A DNA stretch of 27,630 nt from Candidatus Fraserbacteria bacterium. Its GTDB lineage: Bacteria > Bipolaricaulota > Bipolaricaulia > RBG-16-55-9. Below are positions 17,286 through 25,448 of the stretch, piece by piece. Each line of letters begins with the position of its first letter. The stretch's first letter is position 1. The stretch is from the NCBI GenBank assembly GCA_037442925.1, contig JBBIPG010000031.1, forward strand, positions 1 through 27,630. The letters run 5' to 3'. The translations under genes were made by a program, and so were the position numbers. The notes beneath the pieces are model-generated. The model was given only the letters and a program-made list of their open reading frames with translations, made no database searches and was not told the origin of the DNA.

Positions 17286-17639
17286 CTAAAGTGTGATCAG
17301 CGTGTAGCCTTCTTGGACGAGCTTGGCCACGCTGGGATGACCGCCGTACTCGGCGTGGAATGGGATACCGGCCTGGGCAATCTCGTTCTTGACTTGAAAC
17401 GCCTGTGCGCAATAATCACAAGCCCCCCCAATCAAGCCTGATTTCTTGACCTCTTGATAGAGCTTGTGATACTTGTGGTCGGGCTTTTCGAACTCCCGGA
17501 CCCATGTCGTGCCTGCCCCGTCGAAGATCAGCCGGACCTGATGACCAGCCTCTTTAAGATCCTTGGAGTAGAGAAGCCCATGGACCGCCCGGCCCATGTC
17601 CCCCGGCTGTGCGTGCAAAATGACTGCGAATTTCGCCAT
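17286..17639 (-). CDS. DsrE-like protein, paralog of 11641-12006
   Basis: LIFDGAGT, GACDYCA and GHPSV; SD GGGAGG. Confidence 0.8.
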   Translation of the reverse strand: MAKFAVILHAQPGDMGRAVHGLLYSKDLKEAGHQVRLIFDGAGTTWVREFEKPDHKYHKLYQEVKKSGLIGGACDYCAQAFQVKNEIAQAGIPFHAEYGGHPSVAKLVQEGYTLITL

Positions 17640-17684
17640 CGTGCCCCTCCCTTTCGACATTCATTAGTTGAGTTGAGTAGACGA

Positions 17685-17727
17685 ATCGTACTTCACCTTG
17701 AACCCTAAGACTGTAAGTGTGCTTACA
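17685..17727 (-). promoter_or_regulatory. Operator copy 6 (17712-17727) with -10 TACGAT (17690-17685)
   Basis: TGTAAGTGTGCTTACA, 21-bp gap on the minus strand. Confidence 0.78.
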
Positions 17728-17748
17728 AAGCCTGAAAGACTTTGAGGT

Positions 17749-17777
17749 TTGACAAGGGCCCTACTCTCATGCATAAT
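17749..17777 (+). promoter_or_regulatory. Sigma70 promoter TTGACA-N17-CATAAT for aroF-tyrA
   Basis: Near-consensus hexamers with a 17-bp spacer. Confidence 0.8.
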
Positions 17778-17806
17778 GGGCCCACTCTTCAGATGAGGTG
17801 ATGATA

Positions 17807-17935
17807 ATGCTCAAAGGTGATCGGCTTTGGCTGCAACAGGCAGTCACAGCTTGCAGGACGGCAGTTCTCTCCTCTTTCCACCTCCTCTCCTCTCGCTTCC
17901 CCTGGCGAGTTTGCCGCTACCCCTATAGCGCCTGA
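17807..17935 (+). CDS. 0-frame leader ORF of aroF (42 aa, MLKGDRLWL...)
   Basis: SD GAGGTG at 17795-17800, ATG 17807, stop TGA 17933-17935; codons 7-8 are CTT TGG. Confidence 0.7.
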   Translation: MLKGDRLWLQQAVTACRTAVLSSFHLLSSRFPWRVCRYPYSA

Positions 17936-18812
17936 GGCGCTTCCAACCAAGTCCAATTCCGCACCTGCTTCACTGGAAACTCAGAGTAGCGAACAGTTTA
18001 GACTAGCCAGCCGTCGGTCCCGTCCGCAGGACACGATTGTTGATGTGAAGGGCGTGAAAATCGGCGGCGAGGAGCTGGTGATCATGGCCGGGCCGTGCTC
18101 CGTGGAGAACGAGTACCAGATCCATACGATTGCGCAGCTGGTGGCCGAAGCAGGAGCCCGAATCCTGAGGGGTGGCGCTTTTAAGCCCCGCACGTCACCG
18201 TACAGCTTCCAAGGCTTGGGCCAAGAGGGGTTGAAACTGCTACGAACTGCTGCGGATGAGAACGATCTGCTGGTCATCACAGAGGTCTTAGATGTCCGCC
18301 AGATCGATCTGGTCGCCCAGTATGCCGACATCCTGCAGATTGGTGCGCGCAACATGCAGAACTTCGCACTGCTCAAAGAAGTGGGACTTACCCATCATGC
18401 TGTGCTCCTCAAACGAGGGATGGCTGCTACGGTGAACGAGCTTCTGATGGCTGCAGAATACGTGTTGTCCGCAGGGAACTCGCGAGTGATCCTCTGCGAA
18501 CGGGGGATCCGAACCTTCACGGACTACACACGCTTCACGTTGGATGTCGCAGCCGTTCCCGTTGTGAAGAGGCTCTCGCATCTACCCATCATTATCGATC
18601 CCAGCCACCCCGCAGGGCGACATGAGAACGTCATTCCGTTAGCACTGGCCGGGATTGCTGCCGGCGCAGACGGGTTGATCGTCGAAGTCCATCACAATCC
18701 CGAATGTGCTTTGAGCGATGGCCCTCAGGCGCTTCGACCCGAACAGTTCAGGCAACTCGTCGGAAAAGTTTCCGCCATGGCAGCCGTCTTGGGTAAGAAG
18801 TTTCTCGCGTAA
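17807..18812 (+). CDS. aroF: DAHP synthase type I-beta; predicted 334 aa via a +1 frameshift at 17825-17830 (ORF track start GTG 17817)
   Basis: [37 protein letters not shown] and DPSH. GTG 17817 has no properly spaced SD, and the next in-frame GTG lies inside the core. Confidence 0.9.
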
Positions 18813-18817
18813 ATGCT

Positions 18818-19720
18818 ATGGCTCGACCACGCACGCCTAGAAGAGTTACGATCGTAGGTGTGGGTCTGATGGGCGGCTCTCTGGGCATGGCCATCCGGCG
18901 ATGCTGCAAGGGCGTCGAAGTGATCGGCGTCGATCGGGAAGAAGCGACTCTCCAGCAGGCCCAAGAGCGCGGGGCCATCGATTGGGGTACACTGGATCTC
19001 GAGCAGGGCGTGGCCGAGGCGAATCTGGTCTTCTTGGCTACACCGATTCGGGTTATTTTGGAACTCTTGCCCGCTCTAGCAGATGGTATCGCGGAGAAAG
19101 CGATCGTCTCCGATCTGGGTTCGACAAAACTGCAAATCTGCCTTGCCGCAAAGAAGCTACTGCCCGAAAACTTCGTGGGCGGACATCCGATGACCGGCTC
19201 CGAGCGTCAAGGCATCGAAGCAGCGGACCCTTTCTTGTTCGAGAACGCGGTCTATCTCCTCACTCCGCTACGCCCTGGCGATGATAAGGCTGAGAGACTC
19301 GCGGCCTTTTTGGAGCAACTGGGGTGTTCGATAGTCTGCATAAGCCCGCAGCGGCATGATCGCTTGGTAGCCCACGTCAGCCATCTACCACAGCTTTTGG
19401 CAGTGGCTCTGGCAGACTTCATTGGGGAAAGGGCCGAAGCCGACAGCCTATACAAAGAATTGGCTGCCGGAGGCTTGCGAGACATGACCCGCATTGCGGC
19501 CTCGCCCTATGAGATCTGGCAGGACATTCTGATCACAAACCGGGATGAGATCGAGCAAGCCATGCAGGCATTGTTGTCACGGCTGCAAGACAGGTGTTGC
19601 ATCAGAGAAGAAGACGCTTGGCGCGAGAGGTTCGCGCGGGCAGCGCGCTTTCGCGCCGCGTTTCCTCGGCAATCGAAGAGCTTGGTTGACGCGTCCCACA
19701 CCGAGGGATATAATCAGTGA
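18818..19720 (+). CDS. tyrA: Prephenate/arogenate dehydrogenase
   Basis: VGVGLMGGS, SDLGSTK, GGHPMTGSE, HD...VSHLP and RDMTRIA. Confidence 0.93.
   Translation: MARPRTPRRVTIVGVGLMGGSLGMAIRRCCKGVEVIGVDREEATLQQAQERGAIDWGTLDLEQGVAEANLVFLATPIRVILELLPALADGIAEKAIVSDLGSTKLQICLAAKKLLPENFVGGHPMTGSERQGIEAADPFLFENAVYLLTPLRPGDDKAERLAAFLEQLGCSIVCISPQRHDRLVAHVSHLPQLLAVALADFIGERAEADSLYKELAAGGLRDMTRIAASPYEIWQDILITNRDEIEQAMQALLSRLQDRCCIREEDAWRERFARAARFRAAFPRQSKSLVDASHTEGYNQ
19686..19714 (+). promoter_or_regulatory. Sigma70 promoter TTGACG-N17-TATAAT inside the tyrA 3' end, driving the trp operon
   Basis: Hexamers at 19686-19691 and 19709-19714. Confidence 0.8.
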
Positions 19721-19748
19721 ACTCGTACACACCGGAGGGTGATTCAAC

Positions 19749-19817
19749 ATGAGAAGATTCTCAAGAAGACTCTCAAAGGGTGAGTATCTTTGGCTCTCCT
19801 CGTTCCGTTGTATCTAG
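19749..19817 (+). CDS. 0-frame leader ORF of trpE (22 aa, MRRFSRRLSKGEYLWLSSFRCI)
   Basis: SD GGAGGGT at 19734-19740, ATG 19749, TAG 19815-19817; codons 14-15 are CTT TGG. Confidence 0.7.
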   Translation: MRRFSRRLSKGEYLWLSSFRCI

Positions 19818-21256
19818 GCACAACCCCGCCTCAGGCCGTCCTTCCTCCCGTCGTGATGTGCCCATAGCTCGTTCCAAAAGCCATCTCATCATACGAGAGA
19901 TCCCCGCTGTGGAGCCCTTTGCGCTCTATCGCCGCTTGCGGAATCGTACTGGAGTCAGCTTTCTCTTAGAGAGTGCTCCGGGACCAAAACGCTTGGCACA
20001 GTTCACCTTCATCGGGTTTGACCCTGTGAGGGTCTTTGCTCTACAGGATGGAGTGCTGTTCGTCGACGGGAAGCGCAGAGACAGGCTTTGGTCGTCCGGT
20101 CAATTTCCTACGAGACACGCTTGCACAGCATCAGCCTTTCACTAGGGCAGAAGTCCCTTTTCTTAGCAGATTCAGCGGTGGCCTCGTTGGCTACTTTAGC
20201 TATGACTTCGTACACCATCTAGAGAGGCTGCCGGAGCCTACTCCACCACGCTCCTCCTTTCCGGACTTCGAGCTGGGCCTCTATCTCGATGGCATCGTCT
20301 ATGATCATCACCGCCATCGCGCCCATTATTTTTCTCACAGTGAGGATCGATCCCACGTTGTGATGGAAGCTCTAGCTGATCCCACTCCCTCTCCGGCCCG
20401 TCTTCGCGTCGATCGCTTTGAGTCCGACATAACTCAGCAAGAGTTCTGCGCGAGTGTCGCGCACGCCAAAGCGCACATCCAGTCCGGTGATATCTATCAA
20501 GTTGTGCTCTCCAAACAGCTAACGGCACCCTATGACGGCGACCTGCTCTTGTTTTATGAGCTGCTCCGTCGGATCAACCCATCACCCTATATGTTCCATT
20601 TGGATTTCGGCCCGCGCGTGATCTCCGGCAGTAGCCCAGAGATGCTCGTCTCCGTCCAAGGGAATCTCATCACGACCTATCCCATTGCGGGGACGCGCCC
20701 ACTCGGACGGAACGCCAAAGAGCGGAAGCGCTATGCTCGCGAACTCTTGAGGGACGAAAAAGAGCGTGCGGAACACGCGATGCTGGTCGATCTGGCCAGA
20801 AATGACATCGGGCGCGTGGCAGAATACGGCAGTGTACGTGTGCCCGAATACATGCGGGTGGAGTCTTTCAGCCATGTTCAGCATCTGGTCTCTCGCGTTG
20901 ACGGGTGCTTGCGAGCAGGTCTGGACGCCATCGATGCGTTGGCTGCGCTCTTCCCTGCAGGAACGGTGACAGGAGCACCCAAACCGCGTGCCATGGAGAT
21001 CGTCAACAATCTGGAACGGAGTCCCCGGGGCCCCTACGCCGGTGCTGTGGGCTATCTGTCGCTCAACGGCCATCTGGACACAGCCATCACGATTCGTACG
21101 CTCTTTGCAGATGCTCACGCCCAAAGACTCTTCCTGCGCGCCGGTGCCGGCATCGTCTGCGATTCCGTTCCGAAAAGAGAGTGGGAGGAAACCGAACGCA
21201 AACTCGAAGCCATGAAAGTCGCCCTAAAGGGAGCTGCCTCATGCGCGTTCTCGTGA
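19749..21256 (+). CDS. trpE: Anthranilate synthase component I in three successive +1 frames (predicted 501 aa with shifts at 19788-19793 and 20086-20091)
   Basis: FLLESAPG..FTFIGFDP lies in ORF 19780-20145. FSGGLVGYFSYD, GDIYQVVLS, NPSPY, SSPE, PIAGT, EHAMLVDLARND and PAGTVTGAPK lie in ORF 20036-21256. Confidence 0.88.
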
Positions 21257-21831
21257 TCGACAACTACGACTCATTCACCTACAACCTGGTGCAATACTTC
21301 GGGGAGCTGGGCTGCCAACTACGCGTCTTTCGAAACGATGAGCGAGACCTTGAGGAGATCAAAGCCCTCAAGCCCGAGCGGATCGTACTGTCCCCCGGAC
21401 CCGGCAACCCGCAAAACGATCGGGATTTCGGCATCTGCTCCTCCATTCTACGGGAGATCTCCCCATGCATTCCTACGCTGGGGGTGTGCCTGGGACATCA
21501 GGGAATTGCGGCGGTCTTCGGGGGACGGGTGATTCAGGCAAAGACGATTCGGCATGGCAAGACTTCGCGTATCTACCATGACGGCCAAGGGATCTTCCAA
21601 GGGGTCCCCAACGGCTTCTTGGCAGCGCGTTACCACTCGCTGGCAATCGATCGTGCCTCGCTGCCATCGGTTTTGGAAATCAGCGCCGAATCCGAAGACG
21701 GCGAGATCATGGGAGTGAGGCATAAAGACTATCCCATTGAAGGAGTGCAGTTTCACCCCGAATCGATTCTGACCGAGCACGGGAAGGCGATTCTGGCAAA
21801 TCTTCTGACGCACGGAGGTAGCGGGTCATGA
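21241..21831 (+). CDS. trpG: Anthranilate synthase component II (glutamine amidotransferase)
   Basis: IDNYDSFTYNL, SPGPG, GVCLGHQ and QFHPES; start overlaps the trpE end. Confidence 0.95.
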   Translation: MRVLVIDNYDSFTYNLVQYFGELGCQLRVFRNDERDLEEIKALKPERIVLSPGPGNPQNDRDFGICSSILREISPCIPTLGVCLGHQGIAAVFGGRVIQAKTIRHGKTSRIYHDGQGIFQGVPNGFLAARYHSLAIDRASLPSVLEISAESEDGEIMGVRHKDYPIEGVQFHPESILTEHGKAILANLLTHGGSGS

Positions 21832-22868
21832 TGCAGGAAGCACTCGCCTTGCTGGCAGAAGGACAGGATCTCAGTGCTGAGATCACAAGAGGAGCCATGA
21901 CGGAGTTGATGAGCGGCTGCTGCAGCGAGGCACAAGTGGGTGCTTTCCTGATGGGGCTGCGCATCAAGGGCACGACCGTCGAGGAGGCCATCTCCTTTGC
22001 CGAGACGTTGCGAAGCCTGTGCCTGAGAATCAGACCCCGCTTGAAAGGGGATGCGCTACTCACAGATGTGTGTGGCACCGGCGGCGCACCCGTAAAGACG
22101 TTTAACGTCTCGACCGTGAGCGCCTTTGTGGTAGCCGGAGCCGGTGTGCCCGTCGCCAAGCACGGCAACCGTGGCGTGACAAGCCCGTGCGGCAGCGCCG
22201 ATGTCCTGGAGGCTCTGGGGGGCAATTTGAACGTCTCACCCCAAGCGGTGGAACGAAGCATTGAAGAGATCGGAATCGGCTTCCTGTTCGCTCCCAATTT
22301 TCACCCGGCGCTGAAGTATGTGGCCAAGAGCCGCAAGGAACTGGGCATCCGCACGGTCTTCAACATGCTGGGGCCGTTGGTCAATCCGGCGGACCCTCAA
22401 GCTCAGCTCCTCGGGGTCTTCTCACAGGAGCTGGTGGGGATGTTCCCTAAAGTCCTGCGGGCTTTGGGCGTCCAGCGCGCCTTGGTGGTCTACGGTCTCG
22501 ACGGCGTGGATGAGGTCTCGATCCTGGGCAAGACGCTCATCGCAGAACTCAAAGATGGGACCATCCGGCACTACGAGCTCAATGCCCAAAGCCTGGGCTT
22601 TCGGCTCGCTAAGCCGGAAGAGATCGAGAGTCTTCCTGCGGCGCAGAGCGCGGAAGTCACAAGACAAATACTATCAGGGAAGCTGCGAGATGCCCGCTAT
22701 GAAATGGTGCTACTGAACGCCGGGGCGGCCATCTACGTGAGTGGGAAAGCGGCATCGCTCGAAGAGGGCATCGCGCAAGCAGAGGAGAGCATCAAAAGCG
22801 GCAGTGCCTTAGAGAAACTGAGGCTCCTCGTGCAATCACACCATGGATCAGTTGGACCGGATCATTGA
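21828..22868 (+). CDS. trpD: Anthranilate phosphoribosyltransferase
   Basis: DVCGTGG, FNVST, AKHGNR and RTVFNMLGPL. Confidence 0.96.
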   Translation: MMQEALALLAEGQDLSAEITRGAMTELMSGCCSEAQVGAFLMGLRIKGTTVEEAISFAETLRSLCLRIRPRLKGDALLTDVCGTGGAPVKTFNVSTVSAFVVAGAGVPVAKHGNRGVTSPCGSADVLEALGGNLNVSPQAVERSIEEIGIGFLFAPNFHPALKYVAKSRKELGIRTVFNMLGPLVNPADPQAQLLGVFSQELVGMFPKVLRALGVQRALVVYGLDGVDEVSILGKTLIAELKDGTIRHYELNAQSLGFRLAKPEEIESLPAAQSAEVTRQILSGKLRDARYEMVLLNAGAAIYVSGKAASLEEGIAQAEESIKSGSALEKLRLLVQSHHGSVGPDH

Positions 22869-23616
22869 GTCTGTTCGGGCCACCCTTCGAAGTGGGTATT
22901 ACCGGACAGAGAAGTTCCTGCGGGTGGAGCGCAAGTCATTTGTGGAGAGCATTCGCACCTGCTCGGCCACCCCCATTGTTGCGGAGATTAAGCCGGCTTC
23001 CCCCTCTCTGTCTCGGGGTCGGCTGCTTTCACCAAAGAGGATCGATGAGATCGTGGGCGTATTTGCCGAGGCCGGAGTCGTGGGCATATCAGTCCTGACC
23101 GAGCCGGTGCACTTCCGTGGGTCTTTAGAGAATTTACGATCAGCCAGCGCGAGCGGACTCCCCACGCTGATGAAGGATTTCGTGATCGATCCGGTTCAGC
23201 TAGAGGCGTGTGCGGCGTATGGGGGTAGCGCTGTCCTGCTCATAGTGAGTCTCTTCCGACGCGGCTACAGCACAGTGAATCTACCCGAAATGATCGCTCT
23301 TGCCCACAAGAAGAATCTAGAAGTAGTACTCGAAGTCAACTCGCTTAAAGAGTTCCAACTGGCAAAGAAGACGAAAACGGACATGATCGGCATCAACAAT
23401 CGCAATCTGGGCACACTCCAAGTCAACTTGGAGACGACCCCCCGCATCCTGCATCGGGTCAAAAAAGACCGCATCGTGTGGAGCATGAGCGGGATTGAGA
23501 GCCCCCAAGACCTTCGCCGACTCAAACAGGCCGGAGCCGATGCGTTCTTAATCGGGACTTCCTTGATGCAGGCTCCGGATCTGGTAGGCAGATTAACTGA
23601 GCTGCTAGAGGCGTAA
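22843..23616 (+). CDS. trpC: Indole-3-glycerol phosphate synthase
   Basis: AEIKPASPS, SVLTEP..F.G, LMKDF and GINNRNL. Confidence 0.94.
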   Translation: MDQLDRIIESVRATLRSGYYRTEKFLRVERKSFVESIRTCSATPIVAEIKPASPSLSRGRLLSPKRIDEIVGVFAEAGVVGISVLTEPVHFRGSLENLRSASASGLPTLMKDFVIDPVQLEACAAYGGSAVLLIVSLFRRGYSTVNLPEMIALAHKKNLEVVLEVNSLKEFQLAKKTKTDMIGINNRNLGTLQVNLETTPRILHRVKKDRIVWSMSGIESPQDLRRLKQAGADAFLIGTSLMQAPDLVGRLTELLEA

Positions 23617-23635
23617 TTTCGAGGAGGACATCACG

Positions 23636-24301
23636 ATGTGTAAAGTCAAACTGTGCGGCAATCGCAGCTTGCAGGACGTTGAGATCACACGGAATGCCGA
23701 CGCGCAGGGCTTTGTGGTGGAGACGCCCCGATCACCGCGAAATATCCCCCTGAGCATAGCGCAAGTGTTAATACAAGCCGTGCCACTCTTCAATACGTCT
23801 GTCGTAGTGACGGCCATCAGAGAACCTCAAAAGCTGGCTGATGTTGTCTCTAAGACGCAACCTGATGCACTTCAGATCCATAGCGAATTGGAGCCTGACC
23901 AGATCGAGCGTATTCACGAGGTGCTCCCAGCTCACGTCAAGCTATACAGCCTGCTCAGTGTGCTGGGTCCGCAAGAGGACTTGATCGAGAAAGCCAAAGC
24001 ACTGGCCAGCATCTCTCTGGATGCGATCATTCTAGACACAAACATCGGCGGTCAAAGCGGTGGCACCGGCGTGCCACATGACTGGCAGCTCAGTCGGGTG
24101 ATCCGCGATGCGATCTACCCGTTTCCCGTGATTCTCGCCGGTGGACTTACTCCCGGCAATGTCGCAGAGGCCATAGAGATCGTCAGGCCCTATGCGATCG
24201 ATGTAGCCAGCGGTGTGGAAGAGGCTGGTGCGAAGTCGCCTCGCCTTGTGCAAACCTTGCTCCGTCAAGTGAGGAACTATGCAGAACCACGAGTGGAGTA
24301 A
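23636..24301 (+). CDS. trpF: Phosphoribosylanthranilate isomerase
   Basis: [25 protein letters not shown] and DVASGVE. Confidence 0.94.
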   Translation: MCKVKLCGNRSLQDVEITRNADAQGFVVETPRSPRNIPLSIAQVLIQAVPLFNTSVVVTAIREPQKLADVVSKTQPDALQIHSELEPDQIERIHEVLPAHVKLYSLLSVLGPQEDLIEKAKALASISLDAIILDTNIGGQSGGTGVPHDWQLSRVIRDAIYPFPVILAGGLTPGNVAEAIEIVRPYAIDVASGVEEAGAKSPRLVQTLLRQVRNYAEPRVE

Positions 24302-25448
24302 GCTGGGGAGAGATGGAAGATTTGCGCAGTTTGGTGGCCGCTTCGTGCCCGAGATTCTCCGGTCGGCTCTCGTGGAGTTGGAGAGGGCATATCAAGAAGC
24401 CAAACAAGACGACGTCTTTCACAGGCAACTGCGCTGGTATCAAGAGCACTATGGCGGAAGGCCATCGCCGCTCTACCATGCCAAGCGGTTGACGTCCCAT
24501 GTGGGAGGGGCTCAGATATTCATTAAGCGAGAGGATCTCATTCACGGTGGTGCGCATAAGTTCAACAACGTGATGGGGCAGGCGCTGCTCGCCCGGCGCA
24601 TGGGGAAGCAGCGGATCATCGCAGAGACGGGTGCAGGGCAACACGGCGTGGCAACGGCTATGGCCGGGGCGGTGCTGGGCATCCCTGTTGAAGTTTATAT
24701 GGGCAGAGTTGACGTGGAGCGTCAAAAGATGAACGTCTTTCGCATGAAGCTTATGGGAGCTCTCGTGCACGAAGTGACGAGCGGCAGCGCCACATTAAAA
24801 GACGCGATCAACGAAGCACTGCGAGATTGGGCCACCAATGTGCCCACGACGTATTATCTCTTGGGCTCCGTGGTCGGACCGCACCCGTATCCTGTGATGG
24901 TGCGCGACTTTCAGCGTGTGATCGGCGATGAGATCAAGGGCCAGTTGCTACGAGAGACTAAGAGACTCCCCGATCTACTCGTCGCGTGTGTGGGCGGCGG
25001 CAGCAACGCGATGGGCACCTTTTACCCCTTCGTTCAGCACAAAGATGTGGAGCTTCTGGGGGTGGAGGCAAAGGGGGCAGCGTCGCTGGTGAGCGGTCGC
25101 CCCGGCGTGCTCCACGGTGCCAAGACGTATGTATTGCAAGATGAGTGCGGGCAGATCCAAGAGACTCACAGCATTGCTGCCGGACTCGATTATCCCGCTG
25201 TCGGCCCCGAACACGCACTCCTTAAGGATCTCAAACGAGTAGAATACATCGCCGTAGGAGACGATGAAGCTCTAGAAGGTTTTCGATTGCTTGCCAAGCT
25301 AGAGGGCATCATCTCGGCACTGGAGCCGGCGCATGCGGTGTGGGCTGCCGTGCAGCGTGCCAAGAAGTTGCGTGCCGATCAGATTGTCGTAGTCACGTTG
25401 TCCGGCCGCGGGGATAAAGACTTAGAGACGGTGATGCGCTATGAGTAG
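24279..25448 (+). CDS. trpB: Tryptophan synthase beta subunit
   Basis: [32 protein letters not shown] and SIAAGLDYP. Confidence 0.97.
   Translation: MQNHEWSKLGRDGRFAQFGGRFVPEILRSALVELERAYQEAKQDDVFHRQLRWYQEHYGGRPSPLYHAKRLTSHVGGAQIFIKREDLIHGGAHKFNNVMGQALLARRMGKQRIIAETGAGQHGVATAMAGAVLGIPVEVYMGRVDVERQKMNVFRMKLMGALVHEVTSGSATLKDAINEALRDWATNVPTTYYLLGSVVGPHPYPVMVRDFQRVIGDEIKGQLLRETKRLPDLLVACVGGGSNAMGTFYPFVQHKDVELLGVEAKGAASLVSGRPGVLHGAKTYVLQDECGQIQETHSIAAGLDYPAVGPEHALLKDLKRVEYIAVGDDEALEGFRLLAKLEGIISALEPAHAVWAAVQRAKKLRADQIVVVTLSGRGDKDLETVMRYE

Noticed and set aside
481..17727. CRISPR array or IS ends as the explanation for the repeated palindrome
   Set aside because: Copies are dispersed at promoters rather than regularly spaced, and no cas or transposase genes are present.
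19718..19731. Imperfect palindrome GTGAAC-TC-GTACAC near the trp TSS, TrpR-like
   Set aside because: Too short and degenerate, with no matching site at the aroF promoter.
19749..19860. Classical trpL transcription attenuator
   Set aside because: Only one Trp codon, and no GC hairpin with a U tract before the trpE coding region.
20582..24770. Long antisense or alternate-frame ORFs in the trp operon, and the N-terminal extensions at 20905, 14226, 7454 and 17412
   Set aside because: These are shadows of well-supported genes; the extensions overlap neighbouring genes or promoters and lack family motifs.
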